Assembly (NCBI GenBank): GCA_964016885.1
Contig: OZ024743.1
Location: forward strand, 351,912,001 to 351,976,000
Reading direction: 5' to 3'
Length of the DNA: 64,000 nt
Source of the DNA: Eledone cirrhosa
Taxonomy: Eukaryota
In this document: one piece after another, positions 13,401 through 28,403 of the stretch
Layout: every line of letters begins with the position of its first letter
Position numbering within the stretch: position 1 is the first letter of the stretch
Made by a program: the position numbers and the translations under genes
Notes under the pieces: model-generated
What the model was told of the DNA's origin: nothing
Databases searched by the model: none
The model's input: only the letters and a program-made list of their open reading frames with translations

Positions 13401-16400
13401 TCCGTTTATCGTTTTCGGTCCACCCGGCCGATTAACCCACACGATATGCAAATTGGGCCACTCAGCCGTTAATATGCATAGGGTATGTATATACGTTCAA
13501 CAATCTGGCAGGAAGGTATACGTTGAAGACGATAGCTAACAAGCTTGAAACTAGTACAGCGTTCCTTTGTCAGTGTTGAACAAACGAGCAACGGTGGTTG
13601 CTAGATACTACGGCTTAATACTGAATGTTTGTTTACAAACACATCGAGCATTATAATAAATGTTCGGTGAATCCATACGTGCATATATATATGTGTGGAT
13701 GTATGTATATATATATATACATACTACTATACGTCTGTATACATATATGTATGTACGTGTACATACTTATATTTAAGTAACAGCCGTACTAAGTGTTGGA
13801 AATGAAATATCGTTTCATTTTTTCCGTTTATCGTTTTCGGTGCACCCGGCCGATTAACCCACTGGATATGCAAATTGGGCTACTCAGCCGTTAATATGCA
13901 TACAGTAATATATACGTTCAACAATCTGGCAGGAAATTATACGTTGCTGACGATAGCTAACAAGCTTGAAACTAGTACAGCGTTCCTTTATTAGTGTTGA
14001 ACAAACGAGCAACGGTGGTTGCTAGACACTACGGCTTAACACGGGATGTTTGTCTACAAATACACCGAGCATTATAATAAATGTTCGGTGAATCCATACG
14101 TGCATATATATATGTGTGCATGTTTGTATGTATACATACATACTACTGTACGTCTGTATACATATATGTATGTAGGTGTACATACTTATATTTAAGTAAC
14201 AGCCGTACTAAGAGTGGGAAATGAAATATCGTTTCATTTTTTCCCTTTATCGTTTTCGGTGCACCCGGCCGATTAACCCACACGATATGCAAATTAGGCT
14301 ACTCAGCCGTTAATATGCATAAGTTAAGTACATACGTTCAACAATCTGGCAGGAAGGTATACGTTGCTGACGATAGCTAACAAGCTTGAAACTAGTACGG
14401 CGTTCCTTTGTCAGTGTTGAACAAACGAGCAACGGTAGTTGCTAGACACTACGGCTTAATACGGGATGTTTGTTTAGAAACACACCGAGCATTATAATAA
14501 ATGTTCGGTGAATCCATACGTGCATATATATATGTGTGCATGAATGTATATATATATATACATACTACTATACGTCTGTATACATATATGTATGTACGTG
14601 TACATACTTATATTTAATTAACAGCCGTACTAAGAGTGGGAAATGAAATATCGTTTCATTTTTTCCGTTTATCGTTTTCGGTGCACCCGCCCGATTAACC
14701 CACTCGATATGCAAATTGGGCTACTCAGCCGTTAATAATCATAAGGTACGTATATACGTTCAATAATCTGGCAGGAAGCTATACGTTGCTGACGATAGCT
14801 AATAAGCTTGAAACTAGTACAGCGTTCCTTTGTCAGTGTTGAACAAACGAGCAACGGTGGTTGCTAGACACTACGTCTTCATACGGCATGTTTGTTTACA
14901 AACACACCGAGCATTATAATAAATGTCCGTTGAATCCATATCTACATATATATATGTGTGCATGTATGTATATATATATATACATACTACTATACGTCTG
15001 TATACATATATGTATGTACGTGTACATACTTATATTTAAGTAACAGCCGTACTAAGAGTGGGAAATGAAATATCGTCTCATTTTTTCAGTTTATCGTTTT
15101 CGGTACACCCGGCCGATTAACCCACTCGATATGCAAATTGGACTACTCAGCCGTTAATATGCATAAGATAAGTATATACGTTCAACAATCTGGCAGGAAT
15201 GTATACGTTGCTGACGATAGCTAACAAGCATGAATCTAGTACAGCGTTCCTTTGTCAGTGTTGAACAAACGAGCAACGGTGGTTGCTAGACACTACGGCT
15301 TAATACGGGATGTTTGTTTACAAACACACCGAGCATTATAATAAATATTCGGTGAATCCACACGTACATTTATATATGTGTGCATGTATGTATATATATA
15401 TACATACTACTGTACGTCTGTATACATATATGTATGTACGTGTACATACTTATATTTAAGTAACGGCCGTACTAAGAGTGGAAAATGAAATATCGTTTCA
15501 TTTTTTCCGTTTATCGTTTTCGGCGCACCCGGCCGATTAACCCACTTGATATGCAAATTGGGCTACTCAGCCGTTAATATGCATAGGGTATGTATATACG
15601 TTAAACAATCTGGCAGTAAGGTATACGTTGCTGACGATAGCTAACAAGCTTGAAACAAGTACATCGTTCCTTTGTCAGTGTTGAACAAACGAGCAACGGT
15701 GGTTGCTAGACACTACGGCTTAACACGGGATGTTTGTTTACGAACACACCGAGCATTATAATAAATGTTCGGTGAATCCATACGTGCATATATATATGTG
15801 TGCATGAATGTATATATATATATACATACTACTATACGTCTGTATACATATATGTATGTACGTGTACATACTTATATTTAATTAACAGCCGTACTAAGAG
15901 TGGCAAATGAAATATCGTTTAATTTTTTCCGTTTATCGTTTTCGGTGCACCCGCCCGATTAACCCACTCGATATGCAAATTGGGCTAGTCAGCCGTTAAT
16001 AATCATAAGGTAAGTATATACGTTCAATAATCTGGCAGGAAGCTATACGTTGCTGACGATAGCTAATAAGCTTGAAACTAGTACAGCGTTCCTTTGTCAG
16101 TGTTGAACAAACGAGCAACGGTGGTTGCTAGACACTACGTCTTCATACGGCATGTTTGTTTACAAACACACCGAGCATTATAATAAATGTCCGTTGAATC
16201 AATACGTGCATATATATATGTGTGCATGTATATATATATATATACATACTACTGTAAGTCTGTATACATATATGTATGTACGTGTACATACTTATATTTA
16301 AGTAACAGCCGTAATAAAGGTGGGAAATGAAATATCGTTTCATTTTTTCTGTTTATCGTTTTCGGCGCACCCGGCCGATTAACCCACTTGATATGCAAAT

Positions 16401-19400
16401 TGGGCTACTCAGCCGTTAATATGCATAGGGTATGTATATACGTTAAACAATCTGGCAGGAAGGTATACGTTGCTGACGATAGCTAACAAGCTTGAAACAA
16501 GTACATCGTTCCTTTGTCAGTGTTGAACAAACGAGCAACGGTGGTTGCTAGACACTACGGCTTAACACGGGATGTTTGTTTACGAACACACCGAGCATTA
16601 TAATAAATGTTCGGTGAATCCATACGTGCATATATATATGTGTGCATGAATGTATATATATATATACATACTACTATACGTCTGTATACATATATGTATG
16701 TACGTGTACATACTTATATTTAATTAACAGCCGTACTAAGAGTGGGAAATGAAATATCGTTTCATTTTTTCCGTTTATCGTTTTCGGTGCACCCGCCCGA
16801 TTAACCCACTCGATATGCAAATTGGGCTACTCAGCCGTTAATAATCATAAGGTACGTATATACGTTCAATAATCTGGCAGGAAGCTATACGTTGCTGACG
16901 ATAGCTAATAAGCTTGAAACTAGTACAGCGTTCCTTTGTCAGTGTTGAACAAACGAGCAACGGTGGTTGCTAGACACTACGTCTTCATACGGCATGTTTG
17001 TTTACAAACACACCGAGCATTATAATAAATGTCCGTTGAATCCATACGTGCATATATATATGTGTGCATGTATGTATATATATATACATACTACTGTAAG
17101 TCTGTATACATATATGTATGTACGTGTACATACTTATATTTAAGTAACAGCCGTAATAAGAGTGGGAAATGAAATATCGTTTCATTTTTTCCATTTATCG
17201 TTTTCGGTGCACCCGGCCGATTAACCCACTCGATATGCAAATTGGGATACTCAGCCGTTAATATACATAGGGTAATTATATACTTCAACAATCTGGCAGG
17301 AATGTATACGTTGCTGACGATAGCTAACAAGCATGAATCTAGTACAGCGTTCCTTTGTCAGTGTTGAACAAACGAGCAACGGTGGTTGCTAGACACTACG
17401 GCTTAATACGGGATGTTTGTTTACAAACACACCGAGCATTATAATAAATATTCGGTGAATCCACACGTACATATATATATGTGTGCATGTATGTATATAT
17501 ATATACATACTACTGTACGTCTGTATACATATATGTATGTACGTGTACATACTTATATTTAAGTAACGGCCGTACTAAGAGTGGGAAATGAAATATCGTT
17601 TCATTTTTTCCGTTTATCTTTTTCGGCGCACCCGGCCGATTAACCCACTTGATATGCAAATTGGGCTACTCAGCCGTTAATATGCATAGGGTATGTATAT
17701 ACGTTAAACAATCTGGCAGGAAGTTATACGTTGCTGACGATAGCTAACAAGCTTGAAACAAGTACATCGTTCCTTTGTCAGTGTTGAACAAACGAGCAAC
17801 GGTGGTTGATAGACACTACGGCTTAACACGGGATGTTTGTTTACGAACACACCGAGCATTATAATAAATGTTCGGTGAATCCATACGTGCATATATATAT
17901 GTGTGCATGAATGTATATATATATATACATACTACTATACGTCTGTATACATATATGTATGTACGTGTACATACTTATATTTAATTAACAGCCGTACTAA
18001 GAGTGGGAAATGCAATATCGTTTCATTTTTTCCGTTTATCGTTTTCGGTGCACCCGCCCGATTAACCCACTCGATATGCAAATTGGGCTACTCAGCCGTT
18101 AATAATCATAAGGTAAGTATATACGTTCAATAATCTGGCAGGAAGCTATACGTTGCTGACGATAGCTAATAAGCTTGAAACTAGTACAGCGTTCCTTTGT
18201 CAGTGTTGAACAAACGAGCAACGGTGGTTGCTAGACACTACGTCTTCATACGGCATGTTTGTTTACAAACACACCGAGCATTATAATAAGTGTCCGTTGA
18301 ATCCATACGTGCATATATATATGTGTGCATTTATGTATATATATATACATACTACTCTACGTCTGTATACATATATGTATGTACGTGTACATACTTATAT
18401 TTAAGTAACAGCCGTTCTAAAAGTGGGAAATGAAATATCGTTTCATTTTTTCCGTTCATCGTTTTCGGTGCACCCGGCCGATTAACCTACTCGATATGCA
18501 AATTGGGCTACTCAGCCGTTAATATGCATAAGGTTTGTATATACGTTCAATAGTCTGGCAGGAAGGTATACGTTGCTGACGATAGCTAACAAGCATGAAT
18601 CTAGTACAGCGTTCCTTTGTCAGTGTTGAACAAACGAGCAACGGTGGTTGCTAGACACTACGGCTTAATACGGGATGTTTGTTTACAAACCAACCGAGCA
18701 TTATAATAAATATTCGGTGAATCCACACGTACATATATATATGTGTGCATGTATGTATATATATATACATACTACTGTACGTCTGTATACATATATGTAT
18801 GTACGTGTACATACTTATATTTAAGTAACAGCCGTACTAAGAGTGGGAAATGAAATATCGTTTCATTTTTTCCGTTTATCGTTTTCGGCGCACCCGGCCG
18901 ATTAACCCACTTGATATGCAAATTGGGCTACTCAGCCGTTAATATGCATAAGGTATGTATATACGTTAAACAATCTGGCAGGAAGGTATACGTTGCTGAC
19001 GATAGCTAACAAGCTTGAAACAAGTACATCGTTCCTTTGTCAGTGTTGAACAAACGAGCAACGGTGGTTGCTAGACACTACGGCTTAACACGGGACGTTT
19101 GTTTACGAACACACCGAGCATTATAATAAATGTTCGGTGAATCCATACGTGCATATACATATGTGTGCATGAATGTATTTATACATACTACTATACGTCT
19201 GTATACATATAAGTATGTACGTGTACATACTTATATTTAATTAACAGCCGTACTAAGAGTGGGAAATGACATATCGTTTCATTTTTTCCGTTTATCGTTT
19301 TCGGTACACCCGCCCGATTAACCCACTCGATATGCAAATTGGGCTACTCAGCCGTTAATAATCATAAGGTAAGTATATACGTTCAATAATCTGGCAGGAA

Positions 19401-22400
19401 GGTATACGTTGCTGACGATTCCTAACAAGCTTGAAACAAGTACAGCGTTCCTTTGTCAGTGTTGAACAAACGAGCAACGATGGTTGCTAGACACTACGGC
19501 TGAATACGGGATGTTTGTTTACAAAGACACCGAGCATTATAATAAATTTTCGGTGAATCCACACGTACATATATATATGTGTGCATGTATGTATATATAT
19601 ATACATACTACTCTACGCCTGTATACATATATGTATGTACGTGTACATACTTATATTTAAGTAACAGCCCTACTAAGAGTGGGAAATGAAATATCGTCTC
19701 ATTTTTTCTGTTTATCGTTTTCGGTGCACCCGGCCGATTAACCCACTTGATATGCAAACTGGGCTACTCAGCCGTTAATATGCATAAGGTATGTATATAC
19801 GTTAAACAATCTGGAAGGAAGGTATACGTTGCTGACGATAGCTAACAAGCTTGAAACAAGTACATCGTTCCTTTGTCAGTGTTGAACAAACGAGCAACGG
19901 TGGTTGCTAGACACTACGGCTTAACACGGGACGTTTGTTTACAAACACACCGAGCATTATAATAAATGTTCGGTGAATCCATACATGCATATACATATGT
20001 GTGCATGAATGTATATATACATACATACTACTCTACGCCTGTATACATATATGTATGTACGTGTACATACTTATATTTAAGTAACAGCCCTACTAAGAGT
20101 GGGAAATGAAATATCGTTTCATTTTTTCCGTTTATCGTTTTCGGTGCACCCGGCCGATTAACCCACTCGGTATGCAAATTGGGCTACTCAGCCGTTAATA
20201 TGCATACAGTAATATATACGTTCAACAATCTGGCCGGAAAGTATACGTTGCTGACGATAGCTAACAAGCTTGAAACTAGTACAGCGTTCCTTTGTCAGTG
20301 TTGAACAAACGAGCAACGGTGGTTGATAGACACTACGGCTTAATACAGGATGTTTCTTTACAAATACACCGAGCATTCTAATAAATGTTCGGCGAATCCA
20401 TATCTACATATATATATGTGTGCATGTATGTATATATATATATACATACTACTATACGTCTGTATACATATATGTATGTACGTGTACATACTTATATTTA
20501 AGTAACAGCCGTACTAAGAGTGGGAAATGAAATATCGTCTCATTTTTTCAGTTTATCGCTTTTGGCGCACCCGCCCGATTAACCCACTCGATATGCAAAT
20601 TGGCCTACTCAGCCGTTAATATACATAAGGTAAGTATATACGTTCAACAATCTGGCACGAAGGTATACGTTGCTGACGATATCTAACAAGCTTGAAACTA
20701 GTACAGCGTTCCTTTGTCAGTGTTGAACAAACGAGCAACGGTGGTTGCTAGACACTACGGCCTAATACAGGATGTTTTTTTACAAACACACCGAGCATTC
20801 TAAAAAATGTTCGGTGAATCCATACGTGCATATATATATATGTGCATGTATGTATATACATATACATACAACTGTACGTCTGTATACATTTTTTTATGCA
20901 CGTGTACATACTTATATTTAAGTAACAGCCGTACTAAGAGTGGGAAATGAAATATCGTTTCATTTTTTCAGGTTATCGTTTTTGGTGTACGCGGCCGATT
21001 AACCCACTTAATATGCAAATTGGGCTACTCAGCCGTTAATATGCATAGGGTATGTATATATGTTCAACAATGTGTCAAGAAGGCATACGTTGCAGACGAT
21101 AGCTAACAAGCTTTAAACTAGTACAGCGTTCCATTGTCAGTGTTGAACAAACGAGCAACGGTGGTTGCTAGACACTACGGCTTAATACGGGATGTTTGTT
21201 TACAAACACACCGAGCATTATAATAAATGTTCGGTGAATCCATACGTGCATATATATATGTGTGCATGTGTGTATATATATATATACATACAACTATACT
21301 TCTGTATACATATATGCAGGTACGTGTACATACTTATATTTAAGTAACAGCCGTACTAAGAGTGGGAAATGAAGTATCGTTTCATTTTTTCCATTTATCG
21401 TTTTCGGTGCACCCGGACGATTAACCCACTCGATATGCAAATTGGGCTACTCAGCCGTTAATATGCATAAGGTAAGTATATACGTTCAACAATCCGGCCG
21501 GAAGGTATACGCTGCTGATGATAGCTAACAAGCTTGAAACTAGTACAGCGTTCCTTTGTCAGTGTTGAACAAACGAGCAACGGTGGTTGCTAGACACTAC
21601 GGCTTAATACGGGATGTTAGTTTACAAATACACCGAGCATTCTAATAAATGTTCGGCGAATCCATATCTACATATATATATGTGTGCATGTATGTATATA
21701 TATATATACATACTACTATACGTCTGTATACATATATGTATGTACGTGTACATACTTATATTTAAGTAACAGCCGTACTAAGAGTGGGAAATGAAATATC
21801 GTCTCATTTTTTCCGTTTATCGTTTTCGGTGCACCCGCCCGATTAACCCACTCGATATGCAAATTGGCCTACTCAGCCGTTAATATACATAAGGTAAGTA
21901 TATACGTTCAACAATCTGGCACGAAGGTATACGTTGCTGACGATAGCTAACAAGCTTGAAACTAGTACAGCGTTCCTTTGTCAGTGTTGAACAAACGCGC
22001 AACGGTGGTTGCTAGACACTACGGCTTAATACGGGATGTTTGTTTACAAACACACCGAGCATTATAATAAATGTTCGGTAAATCCATACGTGCATATATA
22101 TATATGTGCATGTATGTATAAAGATATACATACAACTGTACGTCTGTATACATATATGTATGCACGTGTACATACTTATATTTAAGTAACAGCCGTACTA
22201 AGGGAGGGAAATGAAATATCGTTTCATTTTTTCAGGTTATCGTTTTTGGTGCACGCGGCCGATTAACCCATTTGATATGCAAATTGGGCTACTCAGCCGT
22301 TAATATGCATAACGTAAGTATATACGTTCAACAATCTGGCAGGAAGGTATACGCTGCTTACAATAGCTAACAAGCTTTAAACTAGTACAGCGTTCCTTTG

Positions 22401-25400
22401 TCAGTGTTGAACAAACGAGCAACGGTGGTTGCTAGACACTACGGCTTAATACGGGATGTTTGTTTACAAACACACCGAGCATTATAATAAATGTTCGGTG
22501 AATCCATACGTGCATATATATATGTGTGCATGTGTGTATATAAATATATACATACTACTATACGTCTGTATACATACATGCAGGTACGTGTACATACTTA
22601 TATTTAAGTAACAGCCGTACTAAGTGTAGGAAATGAAATATCGTTTCATTTTTTCCATTTATCGTTTTCGGTGCACCCGGACGATTAACCCACTCGATAT
22701 GCAAATTGGGCTACTCAGCCGTTAATATGCATAAGGTAAGTATGTACGTTCAACAATCTGGCAGGAAGGTATACGCTGCTGACAATAGCTAACAAGCTTG
22801 AAACTAGTACAGCGTTCCTTTGTCATTGTTGAACAAACGAGCAACGGTGGTTGCTAGACACTACGGCTTAATACGGGATGTTTGTTTACAAACACACCGA
22901 GCATTATAATAAATGTTCGGTAAATCCATACGTGCATATATATATGTGTGCATTTATGTATATATACATACATACTACTGTACGTCTGTATACATATATG
23001 TATATACGTATACATACTGATATTTAAGTAACAGCCGTAATAAGAGTGGGAAATAAAGTATCGTTTCATTTTTTCCGTCTATCGTTTTCGGTGCACCCGG
23101 CCGATTAACCTACTCGATATGCAAATTGGGCTACTCAGCCGTTAATATGCATAAGGTAAGTATATACATTCAACAATCTGGCACGAAGGTATACGCTGCT
23201 GACAATAGCTAACAAGCTTGAAACTAGTACAGCGTTCCTTTGTCAGTGTTGAACAAACGCGCAACGGTGGTTGCTAGACACTACGGCTTAATACGGGATG
23301 TTTGTTTACAAACACACCGAGCATTATGATAAATGTTCGGTGAATCCATACGTGCATATATATATATGTGCATGTATATATATATATATATACATACTAC
23401 TGTACGTCTGTATACAGATATGTATGTACCTGTACATACTTATATTTAAGTAACAGCCGTACTAAAAGTGGGAAATGAAATATCGTTTCATTTTTTCCGG
23501 TTATCGTTTTCGGTGCACTCGGCCGATTAACCCACTCGATATGCAAATTGGGCTACTCAGCCGTTAATATGCATACAGTAATATATACGTTCAACATTCT
23601 GGCAGGAAGGTATACGTTGCAGACGATAGCTAACAAGCTTGAAACAAGTACATCGTTCCTTTGTCAGTGTTGAACAAACGAGCAACGGTGGTTGCTAGAC
23701 ACTACGGCTTAATACAGGATGTTTTTTTACAAACACACCGAGCATTCTAAAAAATGTTCGGTGAATCCATACGTACATATATATATGTGTGCATGTATGT
23801 ATATATATATACATACTACTGTACGTCTGTATACATATATGTATGAACGTGTACATACTTATATTTAAGTAACAGCCGTACTAAGAGTGGGAAATGAAAT
23901 ATCATTTCATTTTTTCCGTTTATCGTTTTCAGTGCACCCGCGCGATTAACCCACTCGATATGCAAATTGGGCTACTCAGCCGTTAATATGCATACGGTAA
24001 TATATACGTTCAACAATCTGGCAGGAAGGTATACGTTGCTGATGATAGCTAACAAGCTTGAAACTAGTACAGCGTTCCTTTGTCAGTGTTGAACAAACGA
24101 GCAACGGTGGTTGCTAGATACTACGGCTTAATACTGAATGTTTGTTTACAAACACATCGAGCATTATAATAAATGTTCGGTGAATCCATACGTGCATATA
24201 TATATGTGTGGATGTATGTATATATATATATACATACTACTATACGTCTGTATACATATATGTATGTACGTGTACATACTTATATTTAAGTAACAGCCGT
24301 ACTAAGTGTTGGAAATGAAATATCGTTTCATTTTTTCCGTTTATCGTTTTCGGTGCACCCGGCCGATTAACCCACTGGATATGCAAATTGGGCTACTCAG
24401 CCGTTAATATGCATACAGTAATATATACGTTCAACAATCTGGCAGGAAATTATACGTTGCTGACGATAGCTAACAAGCTTGAAACTAGTACAGCGTTCCT
24501 TTGTCAGTGTTGAACAAACGAGCAACGGTGGTTGCTAGACACTACGGCTTAACACGGGATGTTTGTCTACAAATACACCGAGCATTATAATAAATGTTCG
24601 GTGAATCCATACGTGCATATATATATGTGTGCATGTTTGTATGTATACATACATACTACTGTACGTCTGTATACATATATGTATGTAGGTGTACATACTT
24701 ATATTTAAGTAACAGCCGTACTAAGAGTGGGAAATGAAATATCGTTTCATTTTTTCCGTTTATCGTTTTCGGTGCACCCGGCCGATTAACCCACACGATA
24801 TGCAAATTAGGCTACTCAGCCGTTAATATGCATAAGTTAAGTACATACGTTCAACAATCTGGCAGCAAGGTATACGTTGCTGACGATAGCTAACAAGCTT
24901 GAAACTAGTACGGCGTTCCTTTGTCAGTGTTGAACAAACGAGCAACGGTAGTTGCTAGACACTACGGCTTAATACGGGATGTTTGTTTAGAAACACACCG
25001 AGCATTATAATAAATGTTCGGTGAATGCATACGCGCATATATATATATGTGTGTATGTATGTATATATATATATACACAATACTATACGTCTGTATACAT
25101 ATATGTATTTACGTGTACATACTTATATTTAAGTAACAGCCGTACTAAGTGTTGGAAATGAAATATCGTTTCAATTTTTCCGTTTATCGTTTTCAGTGCA
25201 CCGGCACGATTAATCCAATCGATATGCAAATTGAGCTACTCAGCCGTTAATATGCATACGGTAATATATATGTTCAACAATCTCGCAGGAAGGTATATGT
25301 TGCAGACGATAGCTAACAAGCTTGAAAGCAGTACAGCGTTCCTTTGTCAGTGTTGAACAAACGAGCAACGGTGGTTGCTACACACTACGGCTTAATACGG

Positions 25401-28400
25401 GATGTTTGTTTATAAACACACCGAGCATTATAATAAATGTTCGGTGAATGCATACGCGCATATATATATATGTGTGCATGTATGTATATATATATATACA
25501 TACTACTATACGTCTGTATACATATATGTATTTACGTGTACATACTTATATTTAAGTAACAGCCGTACTAAGTGTTGGAAATGAAATATCGTTTCATTTT
25601 TTCCGTTTATCGTTTTCGGTGCACCCGCCCGATTAACCCACTCGATATGCAAATTGGGCTACTCAGCCGTTAATATGCATACGGTAATATTAATATACAC
25701 GTTCAACAATCTGGCAGGAAGGTATACGTTGCTGATGATAGCTAACAAGCTTCAAACTAGTACAGCGTTCCTTTGTCAGTGTTGAACAAACGAGCAACGG
25801 TGGTTGCTAGACACTACGGCTTAATACGGGATGTTTGTTTACAAACACACCGAGCATTATGATAAATGTTCGGTGAATCCATACGTGCATATATATATGT
25901 GCATGTATGTATATATATATACATACTACTGTACGTCTGTATACAGATATGTATGTACGTGTACGTACTTATATTTAAGTAACAGCCGTACTAAGAGTGG
26001 GAAATGAAATATCGTTTCATTTTTTCCGTTTATCGTTTTCAGTGCACGCGCCCGATTAACCCACTCGATATGCAAATTGGCCTACTCAGCCGTTAATATA
26101 CATAAGGTAAGTATATACGTTCAACAATCTGGCACGAAGGTATACGTTGCTGACGATAGCTAACAAGCTTCAAACTAGTACAGCGTTCCTTTGTCAGTGT
26201 TGAACAAACGAGCAACGGTGGTTGCTAGACACTACGGGTTAACACGGGATGTTTGTCTACAAACACACCGAGCATTATAATAAATGTTCGGTGAATCCAT
26301 ACGTGCATATATATATGTGTGCATGTATGTATATATACATACATACTACTGTACGTCTGTATACATATATGTATGTACGTGTACATACTTATATTTAAGT
26401 AACAGCCGTACTAAGAGTGGGAAATGAAATATCGTTTCATTTTTTCCGTTTATCGTTCTCAGTGCACCCGCGCGATTAACCCACTCGATATGCAAATTGG
26501 GCTACTCAGCCGTTAATATGCATACGGTAATATATACGTTCAACAATCTGGCAGGAAGGTATACGTTGCTGATGATAGCTAACAAGCTTCAAACTAGTAC
26601 AGCGTTCCTTTGTCAGTGTTGAACAAACGAGCAACGGTGGTTGCTAGACACTACGGCTTAATACGGGATGTTTGTTTACAAACACACCGAGCATTATGAT
26701 AAATGTTCGGTGAATCCATACGTGAATATATATATATGTGCATGTATGTATATATATATACATACTACTGTACGTCTGTATACATATATGTATGTACGTG
26801 TATGTACTCATATTTAAGTAACCGCCCTACTAAGAGTGGGAAATGAAATATCGTTTCATTTTTTCCGTTTATCGTTTTCGGTCCACCCGGCCGATTAACC
26901 CACACGATATGCAAATTGGGCCACTCAGCCGTTAATATGCATAGGGTATGTATATACGTTCAACAATCTGGCAGGAAGGTATACGTTGAAGACGATAGCT
27001 AACAAGCTTGAAACTAGTACAGCGTTCCTTTGTCAGTGTTGAACAAACGAGCAACGGTGGTTGCTAGATACTACGGCTTAATACTGAATGTTTGTTTACA
27101 AACACATCGAGCATTATAATAAATGTTCGGTGAATCCATACGTGCATATATATATGTGTGGATGTATGTATATATATATATACATACTACTATACGTCTG
27201 TATACATATATGTATGTACGTGTACATACTTATATTTAAGTAACAGCCGTACTAAGTGTTGGAAATGAAATATCGTTTCATTTTTTCCGTTTATCGTTTT
27301 CGGTGCACCCGGCCGATTAACCCACTGGATATGCAAATTGGGCTACTCAGCCGTTAATATGCATACAGTAATATATACGTTCAACAATCTGGCAGGAAAT
27401 TATACGTTGCTGACGATAGCTAACAAGCTTGAAACTAGTACAGCGTTCCTTTATTAGTGTTGAACAAACGAGCAACGGTGGTTGCTAGACACTACGGCTT
27501 AACACGGGATGTTTGTCTACAAATACACCGAGCATTATAATAAATGTTCGGTGAATCCATACGTGCATATATATATGTGTGCATGTTTGTATGTATACAT
27601 ACATACTACTGTACGTCTGTATACATATATGTATGTAGGTGTACATACTTATATTTAAGTAACAGCCGTACTAAGAGTGGGAAATGAAATATCGTTTCAT
27701 TTTTTCCCTTTATCGTTTTCGGTGCACCCGGCCGATTAACCCACACGATATGCAAATTAGGCTACTCAGCCGTTAATATGCATAAGTTAAGTACATACGT
27801 TCAACAATCTGGCAGGAAGGTATACGTTGCTGACGATAGCTAACAAGCTTGAAACTAGTACGGCGTTCCTTTGTCAGTGTTGAACAAACGAGCAACGGTA
27901 GTTGCTAGACACTACGGCTTAATACGGGATGTTTGTTTAGAAACACACCGAGCATTATAATAAATGTTCGGTGAATCCATACGTGCATATATATATGTGT
28001 GCATGAATGTATATATATATATACATACTACTATACGTCTGTATACATATATGTATGTACGTGTACATACTTATATTTAATTAACAGCCGTACTAAGAGT
28101 GGGAAATGAAATATCGTTTCATTTTTTCCGTTTATCGTTTTCGGTGCACCCGCCCGATTAACCCACTCGATATGCAAATTGGGCTACTCAGCCGTTAATA
28201 ATCATAAGGTACGTATATACGTTCAATAATCTGGCAGGAAGCTATACGTTGCTGACGATAGCTAATAAGCTTGAAACTAGTACAGCGTTCCTTTGTCAGT
28301 GTTGAACAAACGAGCAACGGTGGTTGCTAGACACTACGTCTTCATACGGCATGTTTGTTTACAAACACACCGAGCATTATAATAAATGTCCGTTGAATCC

Positions 28401-28403
28401 ATA
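1472..28403 (+). repeat. Higher-order repeat: two tandem copies of a 32-monomer, 13,463-bp block
   Basis: ORF-track features recur at exactly +13463 (2680/16143, 3522/16985, 6725/20188, 9391/22854, 11939/25402); boundaries read at ~1472, ~14935-14940 and ~28403. Confidence 0.93.
10545..10631 (+). ncRNA. Type I hammerhead ribozyme (representative intact copy; one per monomer)
   Basis: Stem I ACGTTG(10570-75)/CAGCGT(10607-12); core CTGATGA(10576-82); stem II AGCT-AACA-AGCT closed by U.U; GAAA(10597-600); stem III palindrome ACTAGT; GUA triplet with cut after 10606. Stem I extends via AAGG/CCTT, CTGGCA/TGTCAG and GTTCAACA/TGTTGAAC. Confidence 0.85.
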
